From NCBI GenBank assembly GCA_028286615.1, contig JAQBRG010000004.1, positions 111,867-175,866 of the forward strand: DNA of 64,000 bases, in the 5' to 3' direction. Of the stretch, positions 59,931 to 64,000 are shown in pieces. This stretch comes from Parcubacteria group bacterium (GTDB lineage: Bacteria; Patescibacteriota; Minisyncoccia; Phycocordibacterales; Phycocordibacteraceae). The translations under genes were made by a program, and so were the position numbers. Under the pieces are notes generated by a model. That model searched no databases, had not been told where the DNA came from, and saw only the letters and a program-made list of their open reading frames with translations. Position 1 is the first letter of the stretch; each line of letters opens with the position of its first letter.

Positions 59931-60179
59931 ATGGAAAACACTAACCCAAAGCCTCAGACCTTCCGCGGAACCGTTGTTAAAACGGCCATGAAGGACACGG
60001 CTACCGTTTCCGTATCTCGCTACGTGAAGCACCCTAAGTACCAGAAGTTCCAGATCCTCACGAAGAAGTTCCTCGTTGACGACAAGGGTAACACTGCTAA
60101 GGAAGGGGACGAGGTTACTATCGTAGCCTGCGCACCTATCTCTAAGCGCAAGTCATTCAAGATCGCCAAGGCCGATTAA
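59931..60179 (+). CDS. rpsQ: 30S ribosomal protein S17
   Basis: GTVV..MKDT, HPKY, PISKRK. Confidence 0.96.
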   Translation: MENTNPKPQTFRGTVVKTAMKDTATVSVSRYVKHPKYQKFQILTKKFLVDDKGNTAKEGDEVTIVACAPISKRKSFKIAKAD

Positions 60180-60190
60180 CTACCTTTACC

Positions 60191-60568
60191 ATGATCCAGA
60201 CCCAATCAATCGTAACCATTGCAGACAACTCAGGCGGTAAAATCGCTCGTGTCTTCAAGGTGCTCGGTGGCTCAAAGCGTCGCTACGCACAGATCGGGGA
60301 TGTGGTTGTGGCTTCTATCCAGACTGCAGAACCTCGCAAGTCAGTTAAGAAGAAGGACATCGTTAAGTGCGTGGTTGTTCGTCAGCGCAAGGCATACCGC
60401 CGTGCTAACGGCATCTACGTGCGCTTTGATGACAACGCCGTTGTTATCATCGAGAAGCAGGGAAAGGAGATGGGTCCTAAGGGAAACCGTGTCTTTGGTC
60501 CTGTACCACGCGACCTCGTCGACCGCGGATGGCAGAACATCGCATCCCTCGCACCTGAGGTTGTATAA
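60191..60568 (+). CDS. rplN: 50S ribosomal protein L14
   Basis: MIQ..ADNSG, FDDNAVV, RVFGPV, SLAPEV. Confidence 0.97.
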   Translation: MIQTQSIVTIADNSGGKIARVFKVLGGSKRRYAQIGDVVVASIQTAEPRKSVKKKDIVKCVVVRQRKAYRRANGIYVRFDDNAVVIIEKQGKEMGPKGNRVFGPVPRDLVDRGWQNIASLAPEVV

Positions 60569-60578
60569 CATTTGATAT

Positions 60579-60923
60579 ATGTCTAAAGCATCTAAAGGTC
60601 TCCAGACCGCAAAGTTTAAAGTAAAGAAAGGTGACGAAGTTATCGTTATCTCAGGCAAGGACAAGGGCACAACCGGAAAGGTTGCTCGCGTTCTTCCTCA
60701 GGAAGCCAAGGTTGTTATCGACGGCGTTGCTCTCGTTAAGCGTCACCTTCGCAAGACCGGTCGCGGCCAGTCTGGGCGCATCATTGAGAAGCCTCGTGCA
60801 ATCGCTATCTCAAACGTTATGGTCTATGACGCAAAAGAGAAGAAGGGTACTCGCGTTAAGCGCGTTCTCGCAGACGGCAAGCGTTCACGCGTAACCGTAA
60901 AGAGCGGCACCACCCTCTCGTAA
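60579..60923 (+). CDS. rplX: 50S ribosomal protein L24
   Basis: KKGDEVIVISGKDKG KOW motif. Confidence 0.96.
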   Translation: MSKASKGLQTAKFKVKKGDEVIVISGKDKGTTGKVARVLPQEAKVVIDGVALVKRHLRKTGRGQSGRIIEKPRAIAISNVMVYDAKEKKGTRVKRVLADGKRSRVTVKSGTTLS

Positions 60924-60933
60924 TCCTATATTT

Positions 60934-61476
60934 ATGTTGATTTCAAAAGAAAAACAGGCAAGCGCATTTGATGCACTCAAAGGACAGTTCGGTTACGCGA
61001 ACGTCTTCGCGTCTCCCAAGCTCGTAAAGGTTACGGTGTCTTCAGGCGTAGGTAAGGCAGACAAGGCTCGCAAGGCACTTGTTGAGAGCCGTCTCGCTCG
61101 TATCACGGGCCAGAAGGCATCAGCTCGTCCTGCTAAGCAGTCCATCGCACAGTTCAAGATGCGTGAAGGCGATATCGTTGGCTTCCAGGTTACGCTCCGC
61201 GGCAACCGTATGAATGACTTCGTAGACAAGCTCATCCACATCGCACTTCCTCGTACTCGTGACTTCCGTGGTCTTACGGCGACAGCAATCGACGAGATGG
61301 GTAACCTCACGATCGGTATCAAGGACCATACAATCTTCCCCGAGACTACAGACGAAGATCTTAAGGACGTGTTTGGTATCGCCATCACCCTCGTTACAAC
61401 CGCCAAGAACAAGGTTGAAGCTGAAGCATTCTTCCGCCACCTAGGCATTCCGTTTAAGAACGAAACTGAGGCATAA
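60934..61476 (+). CDS. rplE: 50S ribosomal protein L5
   Basis: ITGQK, VTLRG, LPRTRDFRG, IFPE. Confidence 0.97.
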   Translation: MLISKEKQASAFDALKGQFGYANVFASPKLVKVTVSSGVGKADKARKALVESRLARITGQKASARPAKQSIAQFKMREGDIVGFQVTLRGNRMNDFVDKLIHIALPRTRDFRGLTATAIDEMGNLTIGIKDHTIFPETTDEDLKDVFGIAITLVTTAKNKVEAEAFFRHLGIPFKNETEA

Positions 61477-61599
61477 GACAAACGGCCCGAAAGGGCCGTT
61501 TTGCTTTAGCGGTTTTATAGCCATAGCTATTTGACAAGCTAGCTAATATTCAGTATTGTGATTTCAGACCCAATAACCAGCCCTTGAAAGGGGATACCC

Positions 61600-62136
61600 A
61601 TGACAGTTTCGTGTGATGCTGAATATGTATTCATCTCTCCTGACGCGATCCGTCTATCAGAACGTATGCGCAGTTTGGTCGAGGATGTTCAAAGCGTCCT
61701 CTGCGTTGAAGTGGAAGGGAAAAACTTAACGCTCAGGTTCTCTTTTGAGCGTGCGAACGAAGTAGGGATGAGCTCTGTTTATAGCATGACAAACGAGATA
61801 TTCGAGTTGGCAAAGATTCTTAAATACGCTGAGGAACAGCATCGTATTCCGCTTGACGACCTTCTCGAGTTCCTTCCGAGCGATAACATGACAGTCTCGG
61901 ACATGCGGAGTTCACTCGGAAGCCTGAACGAGAGAGTCACCAATGAGGTGGCTGGAATTATTGCCCATCGTTTCAACGAGAGCTACGTAACAGTTGAGGG
62001 ATGGAAAGATCGCGTGGAAGGCAGATTCTTGTTCGCTACAATAACCTTGGCCGGGCACGGCGAGGTGTTCGGTACCTTCGACAATGATTTTCCTTTTGAG
62101 GAAGCAGCCGTCTTGTTTGACGAAATAGAAAAGTAA
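61600..62136 (+). CDS. Acidic hypothetical protein (SD-led cassette)
   Basis: TTGACA-N17-TATTGT, AAGGGG SD, terminator about 62152-62178. Confidence 0.7.
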   Translation: MTVSCDAEYVFISPDAIRLSERMRSLVEDVQSVLCVEVEGKNLTLRFSFERANEVGMSSVYSMTNEIFELAKILKYAEEQHRIPLDDLLEFLPSDNMTVSDMRSSLGSLNERVTNEVAGIIAHRFNESYVTVEGWKDRVEGRFLFATITLAGHGEVFGTFDNDFPFEEAAVLFDEIEK

Positions 62137-62270
62137 GAAGCATCTTATTCAATGCCCTGCGGGAAAACCGCAGGGCATGGTTATTTTCGTCCCTATGGCC
62201 GGCGTTTGTTTGACAGATGCATCCTAAAAGTGTTTGATGCGCATAGATACAGCAAAGAAGGGAACTACCT

Positions 62271-62738
62271 ATGCAAGCGACTCTCGCGCGGCCGAGCCTC
62301 AAACTCGTGTCTTGGTGCCATCTGAAGCCGGTGACGATCAAGATCGAACAGCATGTTCCGGTCGATCCACGAATCTTCCCTGCGGCCCAGGAGGGGTTTG
62401 ATGACTTCTCCATGGCGTCTCAGGTCTCATATTTCGGCTATAAAATGGGGCTCGTCGACATCTCGGGCCTTACGCACGAGGAGGTGAAGGAGCGGGTTAA
62501 AATCGATTTTGATTACGGGCATTCGACATCGGCAGTCGAATTTCTTAGGTGTCTCGAGTTCATTCAGTCGGAGCACTGCACGCCTTTCCCGTTCGAGCGC
62601 ATCGCCGCGTATCCGGTAGGGAGCGAGCCTGTGGCCGCAGTACGCATCGAAAATGGCTTCAAACGTGTCCCGTGTCCCGATCCAGAGACCCTCTGGGAGC
62701 CCGGCACACTTGGCCTGTTCAACGTCCCAGACCTTTAG
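62271..62738 (+). CDS. Hypothetical protein (SD-led cassette)
   Basis: TTGACA upstream, AAGGGA SD, terminator about 62752-62772. Confidence 0.65.
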   Translation: MQATLARPSLKLVSWCHLKPVTIKIEQHVPVDPRIFPAAQEGFDDFSMASQVSYFGYKMGLVDISGLTHEEVKERVKIDFDYGHSTSAVEFLRCLEFIQSEHCTPFPFERIAAYPVGSEPVAAVRIENGFKRVPCPDPETLWEPGTLGLFNVPDL

Positions 62739-62874
62739 TCCAAGTATCCAAGGCCCCGCCAAGCGGGGTCTTGTCTTAATTTCACAGAAAGTAATGCGAC
62801 TGACCAGCCTAGGTTTGACAGCCTACTTCCTAGCTGATAGATTACTTGAACGGCTCCCCGGAGCTATTTTTCTT

Positions 62875-63144
62875 ATGGCAAAAGCATCCCAAATCGCCCG
62901 CAACAACAAGCGCATCAAGCTTGTTGCAAAGTACGCTGTTAAGCGTGCTGCTCTTAAGGCTGCGGGGGATTCAGTGGGTCTTCAGAAGCTTCCCAAGAAC
63001 TCTTCACCAGTACGTGTAAACAACCGCTGTGCCGTAACCGGCCGCCAGCGCGGATACATGCGTCCTTTCGGACTTTCTCGCATCACGTTCCGCGAACTCG
63101 CACGTGAGGGAAAGATCCCAGGTGTTAAGAAGGCTTCTTGGTAA
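62875..63144 (+). CDS. rpsN: 30S ribosomal protein S14 (89-aa, non-zinc-ribbon type)
   Basis: [40 protein letters not shown]. Confidence 0.96.
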   Translation: MAKASQIARNNKRIKLVAKYAVKRAALKAAGDSVGLQKLPKNSSPVRVNNRCAVTGRQRGYMRPFGLSRITFRELAREGKIPGVKKASW

Positions 63145-63154
63145 TTTACGTACT

Positions 63155-63544
63155 ATGGTTACTGACCGCGTTGGAGATTTCATCATCCGTCTTAAGAATG
63201 CAGGAGCTATTAACAAAGCTTCGGTGTCTGTTCCGTACTCAAAGCATGTTGAAGAGATCGCAAACAAGCTTAAGTCTCTTGGCTACGTAGCTAACGTTGG
63301 AAAGAGCAAAGAGCCTTACATGTTTGAAGTTGCTCTCGCGTACGACGAACGTGGACAGCACAAGATCCGCGGCGTGAAGCGTGTTTCAAAGCCAGGTCGT
63401 CGTCTCTACATTCCTTCAACTGATGCACACACAGTGAAGAATGGTCTTGGTGCTCGTCTTATCTCAACTCCTCGTGGAGTTCTTACTGACTCAGAAGCTC
63501 GCAAGGTCCGTGCTGGCGGCGAGAATCTCTTTGAGATCTGGTAG
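63155..63544 (+). CDS. rpsH: 30S ribosomal protein S8
   Basis: RVSKPGRRLY, ISTPRGV, GGE. Confidence 0.96.
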   Translation: MVTDRVGDFIIRLKNAGAINKASVSVPYSKHVEEIANKLKSLGYVANVGKSKEPYMFEVALAYDERGQHKIRGVKRVSKPGRRLYIPSTDAHTVKNGLGARLISTPRGVLTDSEARKVRAGGENLFEIW

Positions 63545-63559
63545 TTTCATTTCTGTACT

Positions 63560-64000
63560 ATGTCCCGTCTCGCTAAAAAGCCTATCGCTATCCCTTCCAA
63601 AGTAACCGTCACTGCTGACGGAGGCATGCTTATGGTTAAGGGTTCAAAGGCAACACTCGAACGCTCCATTCACCCTGGTATCTTGATTGAAGTTACTCCT
63701 GAGGGCGTATTGGTTACTCCTCGCAACACGAGCAAGCTTTCTAAGGCTCTTACCGGAACTTTCGCCGCACACGCACAGGCAATGATGATGGGAGTAGAAA
63801 CTCCTTTTAAGAAGACGCTCATCATGAAGGGTGTTGGATTCAAGGTTGAACTTCGTGGACGCGACCTCGTGTTCAACGTAGGTTTCTCTCACCCCGTAAC
63901 CCTTACCGTTCCTGAGGGACTTGAGGCACGTGTTGAGAAGCTCAACATCATCGTTGAAGGCGCAGACAAGCAGAAGGTTGGACAGTTCGCAGCAGAGATT
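63560..64000 (+). CDS. rplF: 50S ribosomal protein L6, 3'-truncated by the window
   Basis: Manual translation MSRLAKKPIAIPS...GVGFKV..VGFSHPV..DKQKVGQFAAEI. Confidence 0.95.
   Translation, partial: MSRLAKKPIAIPSKVTVTADGGMLMVKGSKATLERSIHPGILIEVTPEGVLVTPRNTSKLSKALTGTFAAHAQAMMMGVETPFKKTLIMKGVGFKVELRGRDLVFNVGFSHPVTLTVPEGLEARVEKLNIIVEGADKQKVGQFAAEI

Noticed and set aside
3441-62772. Cassette-flanking hairpins as integron attC sites
   Set aside because: They are short GC stems with A/T tracts, lack conserved RYYYAAC/GTTRRRY ends, occur in both orientations, and no integrase is in the window.
62653-62874. Long N-terminal extension of S14 suggested by the ORF track (likewise S8, ClpP, PilC)
   Set aside because: A promoter, terminator or upstream gene lies within the extension; homology starts at the downstream ATG.
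1-64000. CRISPR array, tRNA/rRNA genes, IS elements, recoded UGA (code 25)
   Set aside because: No spaced direct repeats, cloverleaf signatures or transposase motifs seen by eye; core genes are intact under code 11 and rnhA ends in TGA.

Overview
This window looks like a chromosomal segment of a small-genome Patescibacteria (CPR, Parcubacteria-like) bacterium using genetic code 11. The taxonomy is inferred from gene content and style. Core content: rarA, hup, rny, clpP, ppa, nusA, a type IV pilus locus, tpiA-pgk, recJ, rnhA, a split comEC, SOD, a lexA plus Y-family polymerase pair with a GAAC-N4-GTTC box, and the str/S10/spc ribosomal-protein cluster from rpsL to a partial rplF. I saw no rRNA, tRNA, CRISPR array, integrase or transposase. 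The main pattern is two classes of genes. Housekeeping genes are leaderless or have U/A-rich leaders with no Shine-Dalgarno (SD). About 29 orphan single-gene cassettes sit between and inside core operons, each with a purine-rich SD and usually its own TTGACN-type promoter and terminator. Several cassettes are GC-rich or resemble alphaproteobacterial genes (PraR/PhrR-type XRE, TetR, KGG stress protein), and one is a Tat-signal lysozyme-like protein. My hypothesis is that this is a gene set formatted for a host's translation machinery; repeated horizontal uptake is the main alternative. All protein calls come from motif recognition by eye, with no database searches.
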